From NCBI RefSeq assembly GCF_030028105.1, contig NC_092373.1:174445556-174509555 (forward strand): 64,000 bases of DNA. The letters run 5' to 3'. A model generated the notes under the pieces. The model was not told the origin of the DNA. It did no database searches and was given only the letters and a program-made list of their open reading frames with translations. This document shows, in pieces, positions 24,370-35,923 of the stretch (position 1 is its first letter; each line of letters starts with the position of its first letter). The position numbers and the translations under genes were made by a program. The stretch comes from Mobula birostris (taxonomy: Eukaryota).

Positions 24370-25650
24370 TATTGAACAGTACAGCACAGGAACACGCCCC
24401 TTAGCCCACCATGCTTGCACTGACCAGGATGAAAACCTAACAAAGCCCATGTGCCTGCACATGGTCCTCATCCCTCAATTCCATACCTGTTCACGCATTT
24501 GTTTAAATTTCTCAAACGTTGCTGCTGTATCTCCTTCTGCCGTCTCCCCTGGTAGCCTATTCCAAGTACCTATCGTTCTCGTAGAAAAAACGTACCTCAT
24601 AAGTCTCCTTTAAACTTTGCACCTCTCAACTTAAACCTATGCCATGTGGTATCTGAATTTTACACCATATGAAAAAGACTCTAATCATCTAAACTATCTA
24701 TGCATCTCAGTTTTATAAACTACTATCATGTCTCCCCTCAGCCTCTGACGCTCCAGAATTTGTCCAATTTCTCCTTTTAGCTAATACACTCTAATCTAAG
24801 CAAAATCCTGGTAAACTTCTTTAACACCCTTTTCAAAGCTTCCACAACTTTTGTGAACATAATATAGCACAGTACAGGCCCTTTAGCACACAATGTTGTG
24901 CTGACCTTATCTACTCCAAGATCAATCAAATAATTCCCTCTCAGATAGACCTCCCATTTTTCTTTCATCCATGTGCCCATCTAAGAGAAATGTCCCTAAT
25001 GTATTCACCTCTACAAACATACCAGCAATACATTCCATGAATTTACCACTCGCTGTGTAAAGAACACATCTCTGACACTCCCCCACCCCCATACATTCCT
25101 CTGATCACCTTAAAAGTATGTCCTGTCATATTAGCCATTGCCATCCTGGGGTAAAAATGCTGGCTGTTCATGCCTTTTATCATCTTGTACGCTTCTATCA
25201 AGACTCCTCTCATCCTCCTTCACTCTAAAAAGAAAAGCCTTAACTTGTTTAACCTTTCCTCATAAGACGTGCTAATTGAGCCATATCTCCTCTGCACACT
25301 CTCTAAAGTTTCCACATCCTAATGAGGTGAACCAGAAATGCACACAATACTTTGTGGGTGACCTAACTACATCTTATACAGCTGCAACATGACTTGCCAA
25401 CTTTTAAACTCAATGCATACACCAGTGAAGACAAGCATGCCATACACCATCTTTACAGCCCTGTCAACTTGTGTTGCTACTTGCTGTATGATTTCCCCTC
25501 GTATTTGATCTCTCAAAATGTACCACTTCACACTTGACCCAAATTAAACACCATCTGTTATTTCTCTGCCCAATTTTCCAACATATCTATATCTTGCTGT
25601 ATCATTTAACAATCTTCCTCACTATCTACAACTCTACCAATCTCTGCAAC
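24370..25650 (-). mobile_element. Nested CR1 3' fragments
   Basis: Two antisense CR1 3' ends (from about 24370 and 24880) with RT C-terminal remnants. Confidence 0.7.
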
Positions 25651-26329
25651 AAGCTGCTAGAGATACTCTTTGGATTGCGCAGCATCTGTGGCAAGAAAGG
25701 ATCAAAATCCTGCATCAGGATTGAGAGTGGAGAGGGAAGGTACGTAGCTGGTGTACAGATGAAAGAGGAGGAATTGAGACAAGGTTGATGGGCGATAGAT
25801 ATATGGACAAAGGTGGGATAAACAAAACCCTGTTGCTAGAAAGGATGAAGGTGGAGATAGAGGCTGGAGGAAGATGACTGGAAACACAAAGGGCAAGGAT
25901 CTGATATGGAAAATTATAATGGCCCTTCAAAACAGACAGCAGTGCTCAGCCCAGTGAGTTCCTTCGGCAGTTTGGTTTTTGCTCCAGTTTCCAGCATCTT
26001 CAATCTCTTGTATCCACTAAGTCTTCCCCCCCCACACACACACACTCAGATGTCTCTTACTCCCCATCTCTTCCTCGTCTTTACCTGCCCCGTAGCACTT
26101 CTCCCCCTCATACCTCACGTCTCACCCTCACCCTGCCTGCCCCCTCATCTGTCTCTCCTTCCCCTCACCTGTCATTCACTCACCGGTCTCCTCCTCACCT
26201 ATCTCTCTCATACCTTCACCTTTGTCCCCTCCCCCTCAACCACATCCCACCTGTCTCTCTCAACCCTCACTTCCCTCCTTGAGTGTCTCTCCAAACCCCT
26301 CACCTATATCTTCCACCCATTCACCCACC

Positions 26330-26886
26330 CCTCACCTGTCTCTCCCTTCCCTTCACTTGGTCCCTCTCACCTGTCTCTCCCTTCCCTTCGTCCCGCTCCC
26401 CTGTCTCTCCTTCCCTTTACTTGGTCCCGCTCACCTGTCTCTCCCTTCCCTTCACGTAGTCCCGCTCACCTGTCTCTTCCTTCCCTTCACTTGGTTCCCT
26501 CACCTGTCTCTCCCTTCCCTTCACTTGGTCCCACTCATCTGTCTCTCCCTTCCCTTCACTTGGTCCCGCTCACCTGTCTCTCCCTTCCCTTCACTTGGTC
26601 CCTCTCACCTGTCTCTCCCTTCCCTTCGTCCCACTCCCCTGTCTCTCCCTTCCCTTCACTTGGTCCCGCTCACCTGTCTCTCCCTTCTCTTCACCCGCCC
26701 CCTCACCTGTCTCTCCCTTCCCTTCACTTGGTCCCGCTCACCTGTCTCTCCCTTCTCTTCACCCGCCCCCTCACCTGTCTCTCCCTTCCCTTCACTTGGT
26801 CCCGCTCACCTGTCTCTCCCTTCTCTTCACCCGCCCCCTCACCTGTCTCTCCCTTCTCTTCACTTGGCCCCCTCACCTGTCTCTCG
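26330..26886. repeat. Polypyrimidine minisatellite, 33-35-bp units (ctcacctgtctctcccttcccttcacttggtcccg), about 16 copies
   Basis: Directly visible tandem units. Degenerate pyrimidine-rich precursors extend back to about 26050. Explains the long low-complexity ORFs. Confidence 0.95.
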
Positions 26887-26909
26887 CCCTACAGCCTTCA
26901 CACTGTCCT

Positions 26910-27270
26910 CACCTGTCGCCAGGACGAAGCTAAACGCGCGGCCCCACTGCCAGCCACTCATGATCTGTGCGTCCGGACGTGACACAGCCACTCGAGTCGG
27001 GATCCTGAGTGCGTTGTTGTTGCCTCCAGCCGGGACTAGGCCCGGAGCCACGAAGGCCGCTCGGCCGGTCAGCGCTGCCGTAGCGCCGAGTGAGGGGCAG
27101 TTCCAAGCCGTTGGCACCCTGCGCGCATGCGCCAGTAACCCGCTGGTGTAGACCAGGAGAGCGAAGTGGTTTCAGTGCCGCAACCTCCAGTGCAACGCTG
27201 TAGAGAATTCCTCCGTCCTTTAATCCTGAGAAGATAAACAGGGTCGGTCAATCCCCACCCGACCAGTAGG
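26910..27270. promoter_or_regulatory. CpG-island promoter with NRF1-type motif
   Basis: Dense CpG in an otherwise CpG-poor window; GCGCATGCGC at 27123-27132. Confidence 0.75.
26913..26961 (-). CDS. Candidate first coding exon of a minus-strand gene, signal-peptide-like MSGWQWGRAFSFVLAT(G)
   Basis: ATG at 26961 (context atcATGa), strong donor ACAG|GTGAG, phase 1, inside a CpG island. Confidence 0.6.
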
Positions 27271-28389
27271 TCAACAGTTCCAAAATTCTAGTCCAAACCC
27301 CTAACAAGATCGATATAACTGGCGTGGCGGTGTTTGTAAAGTGTTCAGCCCTTGCATCACCAGCTTTGTGATAGAGGCTGGCTGAATCCCAAGTCTCTCT
27401 CACTTGTTAGTGAGAGATGTGTCCGGATAGGGCTTAAAGTGGAAATTCAGGCATAGGCAGAAAATTTGCAGTAGTTCCGTGGTGTTGTTTATTTTGCACA
27501 CTTGTGAATGATGTATAGTTTCTGCTTTTCCTTAGCTTGTAATATACCAAGCTACTGCAAAAATAACTTTTTCAAGGCATTTATACCATTTTATGTATGG
27601 CAATGACAATTTGATGAAGCACGTCAAGCAACATCTTTGGCGGGAAAGGGCTTGTCGACGTTCTGCGTCAAAATCCTGCATTAGGACTGAGGGGAGGGGG
27701 TTGAAAGAGGCTCAATAGAGGGGAGGTGGATCCATAAGGGACAGATCTGCCGGAGGAGCTCAGTGGGTTGGGTAGCATCTGTACAGGGGAAAGAACTTGT
27801 TAACATTTTCGATCAAAATCATGCATGGAACCCTGGAATTCTCTCCCAGGTTTTGAAGTGGAGATGGTTAACTATTTGCTGGGTCAAGAAACAGAGGAGT
27901 ATGGAGAATTTTGTTTTAGTTACCCAAGGGGTGCGGGCTTCTCAGGTAGAGCCAGCATTTAATTGCCCATCCTTAGTTGTCTGTGAGTAGGTGGTAGTGA
28001 GCTGCCTTCTAGAATCTGTAGTCCTTGAGGAGTGGGTGTACCCACAATGCTGTTAGGGAGGGAGTTCCAGGATTTTGATCCAGTAACTGTGGAGGAATTA
28101 CAATATATTTCCAAGTCAGGATGGTGTATAGTTGAGAGGTGGTGTTCCTCAGGCTTTTGCTACTCTTGTCCTTCTATTTGGTTGCAGTGGCGGGCTTGGA
28201 CCTGACATAGAAGAAGAGTTGACACCAGCCTACATCTGCCAAGGTAATATTAAGTGGAGGGACTGTATGGCCTGCTCCTTTTCCCATATTGTTTTTGTGA
28301 TGCTGCTCTTCTGGAGCGGTCCAATTCAGCCAGGTGAAAGTGTTGTATTTTGTTTAATTTTAACCATAACTTTCTTCTTCCCCTGATTT

Positions 28390-29265
28390 GAGAGCTCAAT
28401 TCCACGTCTGCTGAAGGTATGACAATAAATGGGATTGTGAACAGGGGGAATGTAAAGAGGCTTCAGGGGGATATGGACCAGCTTAGAAAGTAGGGACGAG
28501 CATGGCAGATGGAATATAGATTCGTAGAGATATACAGCATGGAAACAGGCCCTTCAGCCCAACTGGTCCAAGCTGCCCCATCCAGGCTTGTTCCATTTGC
28601 TAGTGCTTAGCCCATAACCTTCTAAACCTTTCCAATCCATGTACCTGTTCAACTGTCTTTTAGAACTTGTTATTGTGCCTCCCTCAACCACTTCCTATGG
28701 CAGCTGATTCCACATAGCATACATCAATGTTTGTGTTTAAAAAAAAGTTGCCCCTTAAGTTCCTATTAAATGTTTCCCCTCTCACCTTAAATCTATGCTC
28801 TCTCGTTCTCGATTCTCCAATCCTGAAAAAAAGACAGTGCATTCACATCTATACACCTTCTATGAGATCACCTAACACTCTGAGGATTAAAGTCCAAACC
28901 TGTCCAACCTCTCCCTACAACTCATCCCCTTATGCCCTGGCAAAGTCCTTGTATATCTTTTCTGCACTCTTTCCAAAGTCCTTGTATATATTTTCTGCAC
29001 TCTTTCCAATTTCATATAGGAGGGTAACACAGATTGGGAAATGCAAATGTTTAAACCAGTGACACCAGAGTGTACACAAGTCACCAACAACAATTAGGAA
29101 GACAATCAATTTGCTGGCATTTATCAGAAGAGAAATTAATTACAGGTGTAATAATGTCTCCATTCAACTCTTCAGGATGTTGACGAGAATATACCTGTGG
29201 ATTACATACAATTTTGGTCTCCTTATCTAAAGAAGATAGAGGGGGTGCAACAAAGATTCACCAGG
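28390..29265. mobile_element. Old plus-strand CR1 fragment interrupted by a minus-strand CR1 3' fragment (about 28520-29035)
   Basis: CR1 RT remnants on both strands; the inner piece has a tandem duplication of about 34 bp at 28941-29008. Confidence 0.6.
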
Positions 29266-31009
29266 AGACACAGACTGGAATTTGCAGCATCAAACAATCT
29301 GCTGGAGGAAATCAGCAGGTTGAGCAGCACCTATGGGAGAAAAGGAATTGTTGACATTTTGGGTTAAGACCCTGCATCAGGACTAAGAGGGGAGATGGCC
29401 AGTATAAAGAGGAGAAGGGGAGAGGTAAGACAGATGTTACTGGGTGATTGATGGACCGAGGAGGGGGTGAAGGTAGATTGAGCCAATTAGGGGGGAAGGA
29501 GAGTGGGTAGAGTTGCAAAACAGAGGTGCGTGGGTGATAGATGGAGACAGACAAAAAAATGTGCGAGGGAGATGGAGTGAGGTGGCGGAGGGAAATGTGG
29601 TTGGAGCCAGCTGCTGGAGGGAGATAAGCAGGAACATACAGTAAAATGCGACAAAAGATTGAATCTGATAAGTGAAGAGAAGGTAATGGGATCCATTAGG
29701 GGAGAGGTAAATGTGGATGGAACCAGAACAAGATGTGGGGTGGGGGAGGGTGATGCTTTGAACACCTTGTCTTCTTTGCAACATATACAAAATGACGGCG
29801 GAGTTTAGCATGTCAGGGTGCGTCTATGGAGAGGAATAAAAAGGGCCTTGGCCCAAAGCACCAACTCTTCAATCCTCTCCATACTATACATAATTTTTAT
29901 CCATTTATCTGTCCAAGTGTGTTTCTTCTTAAGCCCATCACTTCTGATTGATAGGCCACCAACAGCAGCTTGCCAGAGTCCTCTGTCCTGCCCTATCTTT
30001 CAAGATTGCCCAAGTGTAGCTTATTTTCTTGGTGTATCCTTCCTTTCCCAGAGATAAACTCTTTGGCGCTTCTGTTGGGGTTTCTGTGGCACTGGGACTT
30101 TACAGGATGGGCTTGCTAGCCCCATGCCCAACCCTCCTCCTTTTGCAACCGGGCTTGGGACCGTCCATGGCAGAGTTTGTCCAAGTGTCCTTATGTATTG
30201 TTAATTTCCCTGCCTTAACAACAGTATCTGGCAGCTCATTCCATATACCTTACCACCCTGTGGATGAAAAAGCTGGCCCTTATACTTTATTAAATATATT
30301 TTAATATGCATTTTATTCTTCAGTCTGAAACATTGACTGTTTATTCATTTTCATTATTGCTGTCTGAGTTCGTCCAGCAATTTGTGTGTGTTACTTTGGA
30401 TTTCCAGCATCTCCAGACTTTCATGATTTTTATACCTTGTCTACCTTGCCTTTTTTTGCTATAAACAATAAACCAAAGTCCTCTAAATCCTTTTCATTAA
30501 ATTATACAACTTCTTTTTGCACTGATGTTCATCTTCCTGGACTTTGCTTGCTTTTGTACATTGGGTCTTAAACTGTCATTCCTGGTGACTCCAAGGTATG
30601 TTGAGAATGGAGGCTGTTACAACTTTGTGTGATTTGGAGTTGGTTTGTCATTTTAATAAGCAGTCGGTGTCCTATGAGCTTTGTCTGCCTGTTACACAGT
30701 CTGACCATGCTTTACATCTCCTTCACCACTCCACATGGTGAACTGGCGCATGAAAGAAATTGCCCCTCTCCCTCACCTCCCAACTCACGTCCAATGTTAC
30801 AGGCATCCATAACTGCTCATTACCTTGCTAGGTGTGTCTGGATGTTACAATAGATGTTACCATTCAAGTGCTCATCTCTGGTTCTCCCTCAGAAAGTTAC
30901 TAGGTGGTAGGATCATAGAGACAGAAGGAGGCCATTCAGCCCCTCACACCCATTCTGCCACCCATGGCTGATCTGTCAACAATTCTTCCCACTTGGCTTG
31001 GCTCTATAT

Positions 31010-34000
31010 CCTAGTACAAATCTGCCTGGCCAAGATTCACTGCTGGGTTTCGGCCTATTAATTGAGGTCCACTATTCTTGCGGGCAGGTTTTCTCGAGCT
31101 GTTTGGATTGGTTTGATCTAATATAGCAGGAGTGTGGGAACCAGTATGATAGAGCTGAGGATGAGCCAGCCGGTTTACAAGTAGATCATGGGTGTAACAT
31201 GAATGTAAGGAAGGACAAGCCAATGACTGCGTACAAATTCAGACAGAGCAAAGAGTCAAATTGTACCACAAAGGCAAATTTCAAAAGGGTGAAGAATACA
31301 GGACTGAAGGTGCTGTATTTAAATGTACGTAATGTTCAGAATAAGGTGGATGAACTCATGACGCAATTAGAGATTGGTTGGTATGACGTGAGCGTTACTG
31401 AGTCGTGGCTGAAAGAAGGTAGTTGGGAGCTTAACATCAAAGGGTATTCTTTGTATCAAAAGGACAGGCAGAAAGGTATAGACGGTGGTGTGGCTCTGTT
31501 GGTAAGAGATGGAATTACATCTTTAGAAAGAGGTGACATAGAGTCAGACAATGTTGAAACTTTGTGGGTGGAGTTAAGAAACAGTAAGGGTGAAAAAAAC
31601 ATTATGGGATTCATATATAGACTTCCAAATAGCTAAGATATGGGGTTGAGATTGCAAAGGTAGCTGGAAAAAGTATGTAATAAGGGTAATGTCACAATTG
31701 TAATGGGGGACTTCAATGTGCAAGGGGATTGGGAAAATCAGGTTGCTGTCAGATTGCAAGAGGGAATTTGTTGAATGCCTACAAGATGGCTTTTTAGCGC
31801 AGCTTGTGCTTGAGCCTACTCGGGGAAAGGCTTTCTCAGATTGGGAGTTGTATAATAAGCCAGTTCTTATTTGGGAGCTAATGTAAAAGAATCCTTAGGA
31901 GCCAGTGATTATAATATGATTGAATTCATACTGCAATTTGAGAGGGAGAAGCACAACTCAGTATTGCAGTGGAATAAAGGGAATTACAGAGGCATGAAAG
32001 AGAAGCTTGCCAGGTGGATTGGGGGAAAATACTGGCAGGGATGGCAGCAGAGCAGAGCTGGTTGAAGTTTCTGGAGATTGTTCATAAGGCGCAGGATAGA
32101 TATGTCCCACAGAAGAAGTTCTCAAATGGCAGGGGTAGACAACCATGGCAGACAAGGAAGTTAAGGACTGCATAAAACCCAAGGAAAAGGCATATAAGGT
32201 AGCAAAAGTGAGTGGGGTTAGATGATTGGGAAGCTTTTAAAATCCAACAAAAGGCAACTAAAAAGCTATAAGAAGGAAAAGATAAGATATGAGGGCAAAC
32301 TAGCCAATAATATATAGCAGGATACTAAAAGTTTTTTCAGTTATATAAAGAGTAAAAGGGAGGTGAGAGTTGATATTGGACCACTGAAAAATGATGCTGG
32401 TGAGGTAGTAATGGAGATTAATTTAATTAGTATTTTGCATCAGTCTTCACTGTGCAAGACACTAGCAGTGTGCCAGAGGTCTATGAGTGTCAGGGAGCAG
32501 GAGTGAGTGCCTTTGCTATTACAAAGGAAAAAGTTCTTAACAAACTCAAAGATCTTAAAGTGGATAAGTCACCTGGGCCAGATGGACTACATCCCAGAGT
32601 CCTGAGAGAGGTTGCTGAAGAGGTGACAGATGCACTGGTCATGGTCTTTTAACGATCATTTGATTTTGGCATGGTCCCGGAGGACTGGAAAATTGCAAAT
32701 GTTAATCCATTCTTTAAGAAGGGAGGAAGGCAAAAGAAGGCAATTATAGGCCAGTTAGTCTAGACTAAGTGCTTGGGAAACTGTTGGAGTCTATTATTAA
32801 GGATAAAGTTTTGGGGTACTTGGAGACTAATGATAAAATAAGTCAAAGTCAGCATGATTTCTTGCCTGATAAATCTGTTAGGGTTCTTCGAGGAAGTAAC
32901 AAAGTGGATTTCATTTACTTGGATTTTCAGAAAGCGTTTGATAAGGTGCCACACATAAGGCTGCTTAACAAGATAAAATCCCATGGCATTACAGGAAAGA
33001 TACTGGCATAGATACAGGAATGGCTGACAGGCAGGAGGCAGTGAGTGGGAATAAAGGGGCCATTTTCTGGTTGGTTGCCAGTGACTAGTGGTGTTCTTCA
33101 GGGGTCAGTATTGGGACCGCTACTTTTCACATGGTTTGTCAATGATTTAGATAATGGAATTGATAGCTTTGTGGCAAAGTTTGTGGATAATATGAAGAAA
33201 TGTGGAGGGGTAGGTAGTGCTGAGCAAGCAATGCGATTGCAGCAGGACTTAGACAAATTGAAAGGCTGAGCAAAAAAATGGCAGGTGAAATACAGTGTTA
33301 GGAAATGTACGATAATGCATTTTGGTAAAAGGAATAATAGGGTAAACTTTATTTTAAATGGGGAGAAAATTCAAACATCAGAGGTGCAGAGGGACTTAGG
33401 AGTCCTCATGCAAGACTCCCAGAAGGTTAACTTACAGGCTGAGCTTGTGGTAAAGAAGGCAAATGCAATGTTGGCATTTATTTCAAGGGGAATAGAATAT
33501 AAAAGGAGATAATTTTGAGGCTTTATAAGACACTAGTTAGGCCGCTCTTGGAAGCTTGTCAACAGTCTTGGGCCCCATATTTCAAAGGATGTGCTGTCAT
33601 TGGAGAGAGTCTGGAGGAGGTTCATGAGGATGATTCCGGGTATGAAGGGGTTAACATATGAGGAGCACTTGGCAACTTCAGGCCTGTACTCAGTGGAAGA
33701 ATGCAGGGGAATCTCAATGAAACCTACCAATACTGAAGGGACTAGATAATGTGGATGTGGAGAGGTTGTTTCTCCTGGTGGGGCTATCCAAAACTAAAGG
33801 GCACAGCCTCAAAATTGAGGGGTGACCTTTTAAAGGCAAAGAGGCATTTTTTTAGCCAGAGAGTAGTGAATCTGTGGAATGCTCTGCCACAGACTGCGGT
33901 GGAGGCCAAGTCTGTGGGTATATTTAAAACAGAAGTTGATAGTTTCCTGATTGGTCAAGGCATTGAAGGATATGGCGAGAAGGCAGGTGTATGGGGTTGA

Positions 34001-34091
34001 GTGGGATCCAGGATCAGCCATGATGGAATGGCAGAGCAAACTTGACAGGCTGAATGGCCTAATTCTGCTCCTACGGCTTGTGGTCTTATGG
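31010..34091 (+). mobile_element. CR1 LINE, degenerate ORF2
   Basis: LKVLYLNVRNVQNK...VTESWL, ETLWVELRN, KSPGPDGLHPRVL, YLDFQKAFDKVPH, SGVLQGSVLGP, FFSQRVVNLWNALP. Confidence 0.92.
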
Positions 34092-34439
34092 TCCAACATA
34101 CACCTTCTTCCTGAGAGGAGATCACACATTCACCAATCGGTGCAGATAAAACTGCCCAACTTCCCTCCTGATTGTATTGTTTCATCTTCTTTTCCAGCAG
34201 GAAGAATCCCTCTCTATTCTGTCAGTGTTTTCCAAGATGAGCCGGCATGTTCCCAATGCATAGACCAGGTTTTCAATACAATCCCGAGTTTTTGTTCCCA
34301 ACTATGAGAAGTCAAGGGCCATGATTTTCAGGAGTCGGTGAGAATGTAATAGTCATAGAGTCATGCAGCATGGAGGAAGACCCTTCAGCCAAACTGATCC
34401 ATGCTGACCAAGATTCCCATCTAAGCTATTCCCGTTTAG

Positions 34440-34777
34440 TCATAGTCATATTTTATTGATCCCGGGGGAAATTGGTTTTTGTTACAGTTGCACCATAAAT
34501 AATTAAATAGTAATAAAACCATAAATAATTAAATAGTAATATGTAAATTATGCCAGGAAATAAGTCCAGGACCAGCCTATTGGCTCAGGGTGTCTGACCC
34601 TCCAAGGGAGGAGTTGTAAAGTTTGATGGCCACAGGCAGGAATGACTTCCTATGACGCTCTGTGTTGCATCTCGGTGGAATGAGTCTCTGGCTGAATGTA
34701 CTCCTGTGCCCAACCAGTACATTATGTAATGGATGGGAGACATTGTCCAAGATGGCATGCAACTTGGACAGCATCCT
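34440..34777 (-). mobile_element. Rex-Babar/L2-type LINE 3' fragment inserted in a CR1 3' end
   Basis: LSKLHAILDNVSHPLH...RCNTERHRKSFLPVAIKLYN; (atgact)n-like tail. Confidence 0.75.
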
Positions 34778-35923
34778 CCTTATCCACAGGAGGTTCTTAT
34801 CTCTCTCTCTTTCCTGTCCATTTACCTGTCCAAATGCCTTTACATGTTGTTAATGTATGTACCTGCCTCAACCACATCATCTGGCAGCTTGTTCTATATC
34901 CCTACCACTTTCTGGGTGAGAAAGTTGTTCCCCAGGTTCCTATTAACTCTCTCCTCTCTCACCTTAAATAAATGCCCTCTAGTTTTTGATTCCTCAGTTC
35001 TGGGTAAAAGATTTTGCAGATGTTGCATATCTTCAAGGAGGTTTTGAGTTTATCCTTGGATCTTTTCCTCTGCCCATCTGGTAATCTGTTCCTGTGACAG
35101 GGCTGAGAACAGAATCTGGTGTCGGGCATGGAATGACATGAATCAAACTGAGAGTAACTGGGGTCTCAATTCTGTGGCCGTTGGCTTTGGAGAGGACGCT
35201 GGTTCACTGATCTTTCAGTGTGTTTGGAGGATTTTGCAGAATCCCCCGTATTGGTGGTATTTCCCCAGCACCTGGAAGGGCCTGCTGTAGATAGCCCAGG
35301 TCCCAGGAGCCTGTGGAAAGGTATGGTCAGGTGAGATGCAGAACTGTGGTGAGAAAGATTGAGAGAAACATTGGGGCAGTGACACAGCTTTGTTTGACAC
35401 CAATCAATTGGTTCTTTGTGGACTTGTTGGCTAGGGTCACAGCTTGCATGCCATCATGTAGTAAACAAGAGGGCAGCTAAACCTAAGGAGGATATTCCAC
35501 ACACCCTCCATATCAATGAAGTCTTATGTCTTCAGTGAGGTCGGCATAGTGGCTAGTGCTGCTGCCACTATTTCTTTTGGAGTTGCCACATGGTGAAACT
35601 CACGTTTGGATGGAAGGAGTCCTGTCTACAATTCAGGAAACTCTTCCACTGCTGGAGGGAGAGTGAGATAGATCCTGGTGGTGACCTTCCCTCTGGCAGA
35701 TGGTAGAGCAACTCTGCTGTAGTTATTCCAAATCACCCAGGTCACAAAACCTCAGCACTGCAGTTACTAGGACCAAGTGGATCGGGAAGGTTATGGTGGA
35801 AGGACAATTGGCAATCAGTGAGAGACACTGGAGGCAGTTCTCAATAGGTGGAGAGTGAGGGAGAGGATCAGTGGATGGGTGTAGCGAGTTTGGGTGGAGG
35901 TGGTGAATGGTAGGGGGTGGTAG

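Noticed and set aside
25906-27151. 358-aa and 309-aa Pro/Ser/Leu-rich ORFs
   Set aside because: Artefacts of a pyrimidine minisatellite that lacks stop codons; the same peptides appear in all three frames.
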